Source: Vermamoeba vermiformis (lineage: Eukaryota). Taken from it: a DNA stretch of 50,754 bases. The position numbers and the translations under genes were made by a program. The DNA lies in contig JBEWZL010000082.1 in NCBI GenBank assembly GCA_045837725.1, positions 1 to 50,754 on the forward strand. The letters are read 5' to 3'. The stretch's first letter is position 1; every line of letters starts with the position of its first letter. Shown here piece by piece: positions 22,579-34,957 of the stretch. The notes under the pieces were generated by a model that did no database searches, was not told the origin of the DNA, and saw nothing but the letters and a program-made list of their open reading frames with translations.

Positions 22579-24182
22579 ATGAGTGCAACATTTGTTGACG
22601 TTACTGGCGAAGCTGAGCAGTTTGCTGACTTGTTCGGCTATCTCGCTTCATTGAAGCCAGAGCTCAAGGCCGATGCAGACGAAAAAAATATTGAGAAAGC
22701 CGTAGAACAAAATAAACAAAGCGAGTTGTTGAAGAAATTATTATCTAGTCAACAGTTGGTTTTGGAACAAGGAGCAGAAAAAGGTAATTATTATAATTAT
22801 GAATTTTGAGATGATCTGATCGAAAAAAATTATCGATTCGGTTTGTGGAAGTCTTTTTCGCGATTATTAATTTAATAATATTACATATAGATGTCGAAGG
22901 ATTTTTTGGATTGCAAACTACTTTAATCTTGAAGCACGGAGGCTCTAACACAAAAGATCTCTTGCATCAACAAGTCAAGGCTGTCGCCGCTAATCCTACA
23001 GAAAAATCCTTGGTTAAAATCACAGTGTACGTATTATATTGACAATATTATGCTAATGCAAATTTGATAATAATTATGGAACTGCTATTACAAACAATAA
23101 TGCGTGCAAGCGCTTAATTGTCGTGATTAAAAGACTAATGCTGTATTTTGCAGTTTGAATAATATGTATAATCTGGCACAAGACAACGATCTCAGAGCAG
23201 AAATTTTTGTCTCCTTGTTAAAATGCGCTGCATCTAACAGCGATCTGGTTTACCCTCTTTTTGATACCGTCGAGGATAAGTTCAGAGAGTGGAAGAGCTC
23301 AGTGGCACAAAAGCGCGAGGTTTACAAATTGCTCCGCGAGATGACTAAGGAAAAAGAAACGTGAGTACTGACCTTGGTGGATCCACGATAAAACCGGATC
23401 TAATATCTTTATTATAGTGCTTTTTACAACAAATTTTCATTAAAATACTTCAAGACCTTCGAGGCCAACGAGGTTGCTAGCGTCACCGGCGAGGCTAAGG
23501 CTTATGCTTTGGAAGTTTTGAAATCCAAGGACAACTATCAATTCGATGAGCTTTTCAGTCTGCCCGTCGTTAAGGCTCTCGAAAAATCAGATGCTAACGT
23601 TTTCCAACTCCTCAAAATATTTAACAATGGTGATTTGGACAACTTTGCTTCATTCCCTCAAGGCGACGTTTCTGCTCTTGGATTGGATGCGGATGTTTTG
23701 CGCCGAAAGATTACAATGTTGACTTTGGTCTCTTTGGCCTCTCAAAAGAGCGAGTTGACCTACGCTGAAGTCTCTAAGGCTTTGAAGCTCCAAAACGAAG
23801 ATGAAGTCGAATACTGGGTTATCACCGCTGTTGGCGAGAAGTTGCTCGAGGCCAGAATGGATCCTACTGCTAAAACCATTTCTGTTGCGTAAGTAGTCGT
23901 GGCTTACAGTACATTTATACCATTATCAATATCCACAGTTGATATTTGAATGAAAATAATGACCACTTACTGGTTCGCTCACGCGGATCTTCTGACGATT
24001 ACAATTCGAGTATTTTTATTGCCAAAGATACTAACGAATATCATTATAGTCGATCATCTCACCGCTCATTCGACAAGGCTCAATGGGAGTCCTTGCGAGA
24101 TCGTGTTGCCTTGTGGAAAGAAAACTTGGTCTCCGTTCTCAAGGTCATCCAAAGCGCCAAGAACGAAAAGCAAACCGCTTAA
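22579..24182 (+). CDS. EIF3M: Eukaryotic translation initiation factor 3 subunit M (PCI domain)
   Basis: MSATFVD start, LNNMYN, FDELFSLPVVKAL, RRKITMLTLVSLA, EVEYWVI, HRSFDKAQWESLRDRVALWKENL. Confidence 0.9.
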
Positions 24183-24458
24183 GTGCCCTAAAATCGGAAC
24201 ATAAGTCCTTAATAGCGATAACGAAAAGAGTATATTTATTCCAAAGTTTTTGTAATGGATCTTTGTATGCGCGTTAATTTTGGTGAAGATTCATCCAAGA
24301 ACGACAAAAAAACATAAAAATAAATCAAATTATAATATGTTGATTAATATTTTTGTTGTGTGTTGCATTCCGAGGGAATCAAAATTTTGGATCACCGCAA
24401 TTTAGTTCACCTTATTGTAAAATAGATGAAACAATAGAATTTTATGTATATTTGTTAA

Positions 24459-27238
24459 ATGGAGAATATAGTTGCTTCAGCTGCGGATGTGATCAAAACT
24501 TATCGAGTTCCAAAGCTCGAAGCGGTTGTAGAATTTAAAAAACAGCACCAAGGCGAAATTAACGAAGTATCTTGGAACCATAATAGTAAGGAGATTGAAT
24601 AGATTCGATTGCAAGGGCGTAATATTATTTGGCGCCTTTTTAGAAAATCAATTTGAATTTAATTATGTTATTTCGGCTTCTACGAGCGTTTTAGTGATAT
24701 ACATAATTACGTGCATCTATTTATTAATATTCAATAATTTAGATAAATTATTGGCGACGTGCAGTGCAGATGGAAAAATCTATTTGAACAGAGCCGACGG
24801 TGCTTCGTTAGGAATGTTCCCCGACAAGGATAATTGCGTAAGCAGCATTTAATATTCACCAGTATTGCTAACTAGCATTTAGGAAACGAATTCCCTGTGC
24901 TTCAGTACCGGATCTCGTTATCTAGCTACAGGAGGCTCCGATAACCTCGTTAAAATTTGGGATTTAAAGAAAAAGAGCGTAGTTAAGTTATTCAAGGTAC
25001 GTCAAAAGCTTGCCATGTAGTAGACTAGAGATCCTAGATCCTTGATCTCGGTTGCTAGTGTTACGGTCTACGCTCGATTTTGTTAGTTTTAATAATATAT
25101 ATGTATAGACACACACGGATACTATCACATGTATACGATTCAGCCGTACAGACTCTCACTTAGCCTCGTGTACACTCAACGGAGAGCTGCATGTGCACAA
25201 CTTACTGAGCGGCAAAACAGTGGCTCAATATAAGTTAGAAGACGCAGTAAGTAGTAGTCGAGGCCGAAAATACGGAATTTAATATTTGAAGCGTGATAGT
25301 ATTCAAACTGTGTATGCGAATGTGTTCTAATGTCTCTGATTTGTTTAGGCTTTCAAGGCTATCAGATACGCACCGTTGAAAAAGAACCAATTTGCTACAT
25401 GTGCAGATTCGGGTGCAGTTCACATATGGGACTACACAAAGAAGCAACCAATTGGAGCGTTCAAAGGCACGTGTTAAGAGCGATATTATGCCTTAGTAAC
25501 ACCTTTTAATCTGATATTTTTCATACGAAATAGGCCACACTGCACCGACTAGTGCCATAGTTTACTCACCAACTATGCCAACGCTTCTTATTTCAGCCGG
25601 TCTTGATAAAAAGATCGTGCTCATCGATACAGTCAAACAAGCGTACGTCCGTCCTATTACTTAGCCTTCGGTCATATCATTAATAAACTTAATAGGGCCT
25701 CCAAGGTCATTCAAACACAAGTTCCTTTGACGGCCATGGACTTGCACGACGATGGCAATACATTGGTGGTTGGTACTGCTTCGGGTATGGTTTTCTCAAC
25801 TGTGGCTTATTACATTAATTGTACTGACCTTGCGCGATAGGCAAAATTATCGTGTACGACATTCGCAATGAAGTTAAGGCTGTTAGTGAGGTTCAGGCTC
25901 ATAGCACCATCATCAGATCCATTCAACTCCAGCACGCTGAAGTGAAGGTAAGGATTGTTTAAACTGATCAGTATAAGATATTATTACTCATGTCTGTGTA
26001 GTCCGAGTTGATTAAGGACGATTTTATCCCCACGAGCCCTTCAGCCATGTCATTTAATAGCGGTGTCGATGACTCCACAGACGATACTTTTGCTCGTCCA
26101 GGAGGCGCTCATGAAGTAGGTGACGTGCTTTCACCGTTGAAAGGGGGTAAGTTCTATGGATGTATTATTGATGGAAGTTCTAATAATGAATTGCAGCGAC
26201 ACCAACGCGTCCTGAAGACGTTCTATCACCCATCAGACCAATGGCAAACCTCGATGTCAATTCATCAATGGACCGCTCATTGCACACTCCAGGAGGTCCT
26301 AATATGTCGTTCGACAACGGCGTCTTATCGCCTTTGAGCACTAAGACCGGCAACAACTTCAGTGTCTTGTCTCCCATTCACCACGTCACTACATCTTCTC
26401 CGTTAGTGACAGCGAAGATGAGCTCACCGATGGCAGGAGATGTCTTGTCTCCGTTAGGAAAAGACACGTACAGCAACGAGCTTTACACCAATACAAATGT
26501 CATCTCGCCCATCACAACTGGCCCTTCATTAACGATCAACAAGCCAACCAATGCGGACCTGTTTTCAACGCCTGTCACCAAAACTGATCACAAGGACAAG
26601 GCTGCGTTCTCTATTGAAGAGTATGTTGCGCTTCTTACTCGTACAGCTACTAACAGCTCAATAGACCACCGGTTTCGCCAATCAAAGTTGAGACCCCTGT
26701 TTATCCCAAGTACACTCCTAGCGTCACAGCAGTTGACTTGCCACCAACGGGCAGCTTCACGAACTACCAGTCTTCGCCTTCAGTAGAAATGACTGCCCCT
26801 GCAGGCACACGCAAGAGCCTCAACCTTGGTCAACAGAAAGTTACAGACGTGTCAACAATGCAGACTGTTGAGTCTAGTACAGCGAGCATTGCAGCCGAGA
26901 CCATTAAGAAGCCTGCACCGCAGTTACAGCCGGCCGTACTGGCGAGTCACAGCAGCGGATCTGGTTCCGAATACACGAGCCCACCGCAGAGTGTCAACCA
27001 AGCTTTGCAGTTCCAACAACAGTTATTGCAAGGTGTTATCTCAGATAGCTTGGCATCGTTCAGAGAAGAGGTCCTGGGTCAAGTTCAGAACTTGCATCTG
27101 GAGCTATTAAGACAGTTCCAGATCCAACAAATGGAAATTAATGCTTTGATGCAACATCATTACGGCGAGAAGCAAGAGTTATTAGAAGAGATTAAGCGGC
27201 TGAAAGAAGAGAATAGGAGACTTAAGGACCTGTATTGA
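24459..27238 (+). CDS. NEDD1: NEDD1/GCP-WD gamma-tubulin ring complex targeting factor
   Basis: N-terminal WD40s (VSWNHN, SRYLATGGSDNLVKIWDLK, SAGLDKK), S/P-rich linker, C-terminal NLHLELLRQFQIQQMEI...LKEENRRL coiled coil. Confidence 0.9.
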
Positions 27239-27344
27239 GCTACTAAAAGTTACGTAAGCCTTTCTAACTATTACGGATCGATCACTGAACTTTTTTCTGC
27301 CGCAGATCGGACCACTAATGACAGTTTATTTAAAATTTCTATAG

Positions 27345-28746
27345 TTACAACATCAATATGATGCCACTAATAGTCAACAGCAAAGAAAGGTAGTTCGTTA
27401 CGTGAGTTACGTCGCTTGTCCTTGCTTTCGGCACGTTAGAGTTACCTTGAGGCGAGCTTGATGACTGAGGAGCAGTTGTTTGAGGACTTGCAACATACGG
27501 CGCTGATTGAGGTATTTGTTCTAATATCATTCAATCGATTAACACTAACTCGTGCATAAAGTTAATGCTGTTGCTGCTCGACTTACCAAAAGAACCGACG
27601 CGAATGAACCAAATGTTACTGCTTGCCAATGGCTGCATCACAAACACATTGAGACCAGGTACGTAAAGAAACCGCTTGTTGATGCCTGATCCAGAGCTGG
27701 GCGTAGAGGGTGGTGTCGCAGATCCCTCAGTCAAAGGCAAAGTACTCATTTCCCAACCATCACTGCCATCATTCGGAGTGATGACGTAGATACGTCCGAC
27801 CGAGGAGAGCTGGCCATAGTAGAACAGAAAGCGGTCATTCACGGGATCATAGTCCATGGCAGAGTACGTTGGAGCTTCGGAGATGAACAGATCCAGCGCA
27901 CTACTGTTTTTGAAAGTGACTTTGTACTGCGTGTCACCAGGGTTGAGTGGAATACGCGACGCTTGCACGCCTAAATCCGTATCATAGCCTTGACCGTCTC
28001 CGAACTCCAGTGTGAAAAGTTGATGACGACGCGTGTCATGTGCCCATGGCCAGCGTGCAAAGATGTTAGCAATCTTGGTGATTGGGTTTGTCAACTCTTT
28101 CTTCTCCAAATCAATACGAGTCAAGCTGTTGGCCCAAATGATGCTGCTGTTGGTTTCACGAAGTACTCCGTATCCTTTAGTGATGTTTGGCCAAGTGTTT
28201 TGCGGATCCCATTGATTCGTGTCAGGATTGAATCCGTCAATTGTGGGAAAAGCCGTACCACTTCCAAATACACCGTAGGCACCACATAGAATAATTCTAT
28301 TGATTGCAGGAACCCACATGCTGTGTTGATAGTTGTGGCGAGAAGAAGGCAAGCCATCTTTATAGTAGGCCACGTCTTCAACGACAAACTCTTGGGGAGT
28401 TGGCTGTGCGCGCATGATCCACTGTGGCTGATCGTCTGTCAGCTTAATGGAGACAACTCGATTATCATGAGAGTCATGATGACCACCGTTAGCAACGACG
28501 AACAACTCCGTGGTGTCTTCTCGAAGAACGAAGCCACCCCAAGGATCAATTGCTGCTCCTCCAGCACCGCTCGTGCCGTTGATTTCAAACCATTGATTCA
28601 TTGGCTTGCCTGCTAACCATGCTGGTTCGGCGGCCTAACAATGGTTTGAGGTAATATTCAAATGCCAATGTGGGAAAGTTGGCACTTACCGAAGTAGCTC
28701 CAACGACAGCGAAAAGAAAGAGAAGGAAATACAACCTTGAAAACAT
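27345..28746 (-). CDS. Secreted, predicted GPI-anchored beta-propeller-like protein, paralog 1
   Basis: Signal peptide MFSRLYFLLFLFAVVGA; exons 28746-28690, 28634-27587, 27520-27345; S/P/T stalk and hydrophobic C-terminus; GGHxDSxDN and DGLPSSRHNY motifs. Confidence 0.85.
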
Positions 28747-28992
28747 CAGAGCTGATTCGTGTTCGCGGAATGGAATTTAATATATTAAAGACCACGAGTA
28801 TTTATGGCTAAATAAGGGACGGGACAGGCCTGTCCCCAGGGGACGTTGGATTGAAATTTCACCAGAGTGTCACCGATCGATCAACAGTCATCACGGTAAC
28901 CGACTCACAAATCCTAATATAATCGTTCATTTATTAGCGTATTACAAAAATAACGTCATTTACTAGTACATAAAATAATAATGGCTCGGTTT

Positions 28993-30380
28993 TTAGCTCA
29001 TTAAAACGAGACTGATTATCACTACTATCACTGATAGGTAGCTCATAACGGCAGAAACATCGCTCGTCCTTGCTTTCGGCACATTAGAGCTTGATTGAGG
29101 AGAGTTCGATGACTGAGGAGCAGTTGTTTGAGGACTTGCGACATACGGCGCTGATTGAGGTATTTGTTCTAACGCCAATTAATTACTACTAACTCACTTT
29201 ATGATGACAGTAGTGTCTTGACTTACCGAAAGAACCAACACGAATGAACCAAATGTTGCTGCTCACCGATGGCTGCATCACAAACACATTGAGGCCAGGT
29301 ACGTAAAGAAATCTCTTGTTGACACCAGCCCCAGGAGCGGAGGGTGGTGTCGCAGATCCGTCGGCCAAAGGCAAAGTGCTCATTTCCCAACCATCACTGC
29401 CATCGTTCGGAGTGATGACGTAGATGCGACCAACAGAGGTAAGTTGACCGTAGTAGAACAGGAAACGGTCATTCATAGGATCGTAGTCCATGCCAGCGTA
29501 CGTTGGGGCTTCGGAGATGAACAGATCCGTTGTGGAGCTGTTTTTGAAAGTGACTTTGTACTGCGTGTCACCAGGGTTGAGCGGAATACGTGCGGCTTGA
29601 ATACCTAACTCGGCATTAAAGCCTTGACCGTCTCCAAATTGCAGCGAGAAGAGTTGATGACGGCGCGTGTCATGTGCCCATGGCCAGCGTGCAAAGACAT
29701 TGGCAGTCGTGGTGATTGGCTTTGTCAACTCTTTCTTCTCCAAATCGATACGAGTCAAGCTGTTGGCCCAAATGATGCTGCTGTTAGTTTCACGAAGCAC
29801 TCCGTATCCTGAAGTGATGTTTGGCCAAGTGTTTTGTGGATCCCATTGATTCGTGTCAGGATTGAATCCGTCAATCGTCGGAAAGGCATAGGCAGATCCG
29901 TACACGGCATAAGCACCGCACATAATGAGGCGATTAATTGCCGGGACCCACATGCTGTGTTGATAGTTGTGACGAGAAGAAGGCAAGCCATCTTTATAGT
30001 AGGGCACGTCTTGAACGACAAGTTCCTGGGGAGTCGGCTGTACGCGTACGATCCACTGTGGCTGATCGTCTGTCAGCTTAATGGAGACAACTCGATTATC
30101 ATAAGAGTCTCCATGGCCGCCACTGGCAGCGACAAAAAGCTCCGTAGTGTCTTCTCGAAGAACGAAACTGCCCCAAGCATTCAGTGCTGCTCCGCCAGCA
30201 CCGCTCGTGCCGTTAATTTCAAACCATTGATTCATTGGTTTGCCTGCTAGCCATGCTGGTTCGGCAGCCTAATTTATTGATATCATTAATATTTAGTTAA
30301 TTATTTAATTCAAAGTTGGGACTTACCGAAGCAAATCCAACGACAGCAAAAACAAAGAGAAGGGGATATAACTTTGCCAT
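28993..30380 (-). CDS. Secreted, predicted GPI-anchored beta-propeller-like protein, paralog 2
   Basis: Same 3-exon layout; highly similar to paralog 1; signal MAKLYPLLFVFAVVGFA. Confidence 0.85.
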
Positions 30381-30627
30381 TAGAAGTCGATTCGTATGTG
30401 GTCGTGGTATGGAATCAAGTTATATGACAGAACACGGAAACGCGAGCAGTTTGACAGGACGGGACAAACAGGGGACTTTTGCGAACAAAGAATCTTCGGC
30501 GAAATTTCATCCAACGACAGCTCAAAAAGCCTCACCCCGCTTGGCATTCATGTCACTACTGACGACATTTTTACAATTTTACCTTTGCAAGCCGCTTTTT
30601 TGCTTGCGTGGTGGTATTTATTTTAAC

Positions 30628-32620
30628 CTATACAGTAACGTACAATACAAACATAATTACAAGAGAATAGACAGGCGTCATTGCACCGCCAATAGACTTT
30701 GCATCTGCTGGCTGTTGTGGTGTCGCGGTTTTACTCGGCGCAGCAGATCTAGGCACAGCAGCTGATTGCGGCTGATTTTCGTTGCTCGGCCCAGCACTAG
30801 GCACTTCGCTATTAACTGGCGATGACGAAGGCGGCGAGGAGGTGTTGGGCGGATCAGTTGGAGAGGAGATCGGAGTATCAATAGGACTAGCAACTGGAGC
30901 TTGCGCCACCCGATCGCCATTCTCCTCGGATCCGGTCTCTTTCAAGCCTGACGAAACGAATCCTACAGTGCTCGAACCATCAGGATTGAGTACTTGGTTC
31001 ATTAAAGTCGTGTTTGAAGCACTTTGAATGAAAGTTTGAACACTTTGAGATGCTGAAGGTTCGTTGGTTCCAGAACCTGCACCAGCGATCTCGAGTTCGA
31101 GTGTGGCCAGATCCGCTTGATTGATCGATCGTTTAACACCTCCGCCATAAGTATATCCAATCACAATAATTCGAGAAGGCGAGATCTGCAGCAGAGTAGC
31201 GATCGATTGTACAATGGTTGCTATCTCCGCATCCGTCAAATTTCGCGCAGCTGTAAATGTAACGGATACTTTCAATGCTGACGGACAAAGACTATTGATG
31301 TTGGCAGTATTAATGGTAAGTTGATGATCGTCTAAAGTCCACGTCGTCGTTTGTCCATCCCAAGGAATCGAAAAGGCATTAACAGGGTAATACTCTAGTA
31401 GAAATTAGCAAGGGTGAAATATATTTTGTTTAACGTACGAGATCTGCCTGGTGCGAATGTCGTCAATTGACCTCGATCTGCATCACCTGGCGAGAAAGAG
31501 TTCTGGGGGCCTATATCAAACTGCTTGGACACACTTCCGAGATTATTATAACCGAAATGAGCTATATAAGAGCCTCCCCCTAAGTCCTCAAAGCACTCCA
31601 AAATTGGTACCAGACCAGTCGGCGCTGTACCGAACATTAATTTTCAAATTTAATTCTATTGTATATTAATATCCTTACTAGCTGTAAAGTCCCACGTAGT
31701 TATTTCTTGCTGCATATATCCACCGCCAGTTGCGCCGCTCAAGCCAAGGTAGTATTTGCCAGCTCCAAAGTACTGCGTAATGTCCAACGTGAAGGTCAGA
31801 TCCGTTGCGGTAACTGGAGCTCTAATCTAATTAAACACATCGAATTAATATCTTTAAAATGATAGACCAATAGTTTTTTTAGCTACCCGGAAACTGGATG
31901 GCGGGGAGTAGTCGATCGTAACGGTAAGCGGACCTGAGCATCGCCAAGACAACATATTCATGTCTTGCAGAAAAGGAACATTGTCGGCAGGGCCCATAGT
32001 CATGCCCACAGCGCTATATTACCAAACTCAGTAAAAGCTTAAAAAGTTTGACTTTGTATAAATTGCAATAACCATCGAGTATCGATAAAAACTAATATTT
32101 CAATGAATATTTGACCCTTTAGAGCTTATCAAAGACGTACTTTGCTTTGAACAGGATCTTGCCTTGCCAAACAATAAAGCCTACTAACGCGATGCTAGTT
32201 TTTTCAGTAAGACCCAACGAGGATCCAAACGATATGTCTTCGTTAGTATTAATTGACGGTGCAATGAAGAACGCAAAACTAAAAAAATAAAAAATTAATA
32301 CTTTAATAACAGTCGCCCACGAGATCTTACCCGTCCGCTCCTCCAGACCAGACAATAGTGTCACAGCTCGTACTTTGGTATGTTAATGTGGTAGTGAATC
32401 CATCCAATACGTTTTGGGCCTCGCTCCAGTAAACAACAGATCCGGTACCTTGTTCGGCCAAGCTTAAAATTATACTTGCTGTCGATATAGATCCGTTTCC
32501 TTGAAGTACGAAGTTATTTACAGGAATATTCGGAGCGGCGATGCTGAAATCCGCAATCGCGTGGTGCGTAAAGTAACCGAAAGTGAACAAAAATAAAATC
32601 CCTAAATTATATGACACCAT
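30628..32620 (-). CDS. Surface protein: signal peptide, L-type lectin-like domain, PILEC/FGYxN/RGQ module, SEA-like domain, GPI-like tail (paralog 1)
   Basis: FVLQGNGS, GFTTT, GGADG/FAFFI (legume-lectin-like); PILECFEDLGGGSYIAHFGYNN...DRGQLTTFAPGR; S/P/T stalk; hydrophobic end. Confidence 0.78.
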
Positions 32621-32758
32621 TTAGTGAATATTTACAGACTAAATGTGCCATTCATTGTACAAAATAAAAAAAAATGCGATTAACCTACGAACACATTTCT
32701 TTCCGCACGGATCCAAATTAGGAAATCGAGCTTATTTTATGCCGATCGTACCCATCGC

Positions 32759-34661
32759 CTATAGTAGGAAAAACCCCACCACTGCTACCACCAATGACAT
32801 TGCAGTTGAAATTGAAGTTGCGGGTGAAACCCCTATGGGCGCAGTCGGCGTAGTGGTAACAGGCTGTGCGACGGGCGTTGTGACGGGTGGAGCGACAACA
32901 AGTGAGCCAGTGCCTTCAACCCCCGTTGACTTCGGATTCACCGATATGACTTCAATGGTGTTCTCGGTGCCCGGAGGATTGAGCACTTCGTTCACAAGCG
33001 TGCTGTTCGATGCACTGTTGACGAACTTCTGAACACTTTCAGCTGCTGAAGGCTCGTTCTCCGTCTGTGAATCTGTGCCACTGATCTCGAGCTCGAGTGT
33101 ACCTTGCTGACTTTGCATTATAGATCGAGCAATTGGCAAAGAAATGATCACGTAATTGACACTCGTGACCGTGACACGTGTCGCTGAAATTCCCAAGAAG
33201 TTGGCCAGGGACTGCACAATCGCGTTGAGCTGGGTATCGTTGAGATTCGCTGCAGTTGAGAAGACGATGACGACTTTAAGTGATTTGGGACAAAGAAAAG
33301 CTGTGTTGGCCGCGTTGAACCTCACAAAGTTTGATGTCAAGTTCCATGTCAATTCAGCTCCGTTCCATCCAAAGGAGAACGCACTCAACGGATAGCTCGC
33401 TACGTATAACTTCAGTATGATGCATAATATATTCATCACATATCATTTGAATAGCTAGTATTAGACTTACTGGATCTCCCACTTTGGAAGGTTGTTGGTT
33501 GACCACGATCTTGCGGGTCTGGGAAGAAGCCGTTATTTGGACCAACCTCATAAGAGAGCGGTGCCGTCGTTGGGTTTCGATAGCCCATGTATGCTACATA
33601 TGTGTCTTTGTTGGCCGGCTGTTCGTAGCACTCCAGAATCGGAATAACCTCTGGGGGTGGCGGAACTAAAATCGAATACAATTAGCACTTATAGCGTACT
33701 AATACATTTATAGTCTTCGTTTGCGTACCACCAGTGAATTCCCAGGAGGTAATTGTTTGTTTCATGAACGCCTGACCAGTCGCAGCACTTAAGCCGACGT
33801 ACAACTGCGAATATGGATCGAAATAGTTCCTCAAGTCCATAGTGATCGACACATCGAGATTTGTAGTGTTGCTCGTTATCTACGCGATTATTAGTTCATA
33901 TTCTTGTAATACTCTGAAGAGTTTTGAACATACGCGGAAAGTTGGAGGAGCGTACTCGATTTGAACGTAGATCCCGGGAGAATAACACCGCCATCCAGAT
34001 ACAATAGCATTAACCGCTGTATAACCTGCACGGGGACCCAGAATAGCTTCGGTTCTGTGGCGGGAAAAAGATTAAATACGAACTTTAAAAAAGAATTATT
34101 CTATAAACCAATTTAAGATGGTTCAAACGCATCTTTGGATGTGGAGACTACGTAGAGTTCATATAGATTACTTACGTTGCTTTGTAAACGATTTTATCGT
34201 TCAACAGATCAAATCCGACCATTGCAATATTCGTTTTATTCGCTAGACCCAATGTCCCTCCTGTAGATAATGTCTCTGAGGTATTAATTGACGAGGCGAA
34301 GAAAAATGAGAAGCTGTCAAAATAAAAATTATTAATTAATCTTTGGATCGCGCAGTCTTGCTTACCCGTCTCCGCCGCCATAATAGGGAACCACATCGCA
34401 ATCCGTGCTTATGTATAATATAGTAGCTTTGAAGCCATGTTGAACATCTTGTGCGTATTTCCAATAGACAACAGATGAGGTTGCTTGCTGGTTCAACGAC
34501 AGAATTATGTCTGTAGTCGACACAGAGCCATTTCCTTGAAATACTAGATTATCTACCGGAATACTTGGGGTTGAAATAGTGAAATCAGCTGTAACTAGAA
34601 CGGATGCGCAACAAATATATAAAAACAAAATCTGTAAAGCGACGCTTAAGTTTGGGGTCAT
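32759..34661 (-). CDS. Surface protein with L-type lectin-like domain (paralog 2)
   Basis: LVFQGNGS, GGGDG/FSFFF, YVGLSAATG, PILECYEQ...AYMGYRN...DRGQPTTFQSGR; same exon organisation as paralog 1. Confidence 0.78.
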
Positions 34662-34957
34662 TTTTTTTCGAAACGACCTCATGTTGTGGCTGTAAGGCTG
34701 CGAATTAGAACTGCTGAGGAAAAGGGCAACTTTTTGTATCCCAATTTTGATATTTTGACACGCACAGAGCGGATCGAATTAAATCTGAATGGTGGATAGT
34801 TCAGAGGCAACGTAAAGAGATTCAGCGTACAACAGTACAGCGGATCTATAATCTATTGGTAAGATTTATTATTCTTCTATGTACATTGTTAAATTAATTT
34901 ATATAGTTCTATATATTATAGGTACTTAATTATTTGTATTTACAACGCGGATCTCGT

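Noticed and set aside
23889-24049. C/D snoRNA in an eIF3m intron
   Set aside because: Only an imperfect C box about 40 nt from CTGA; no terminal stem or recognisable guide
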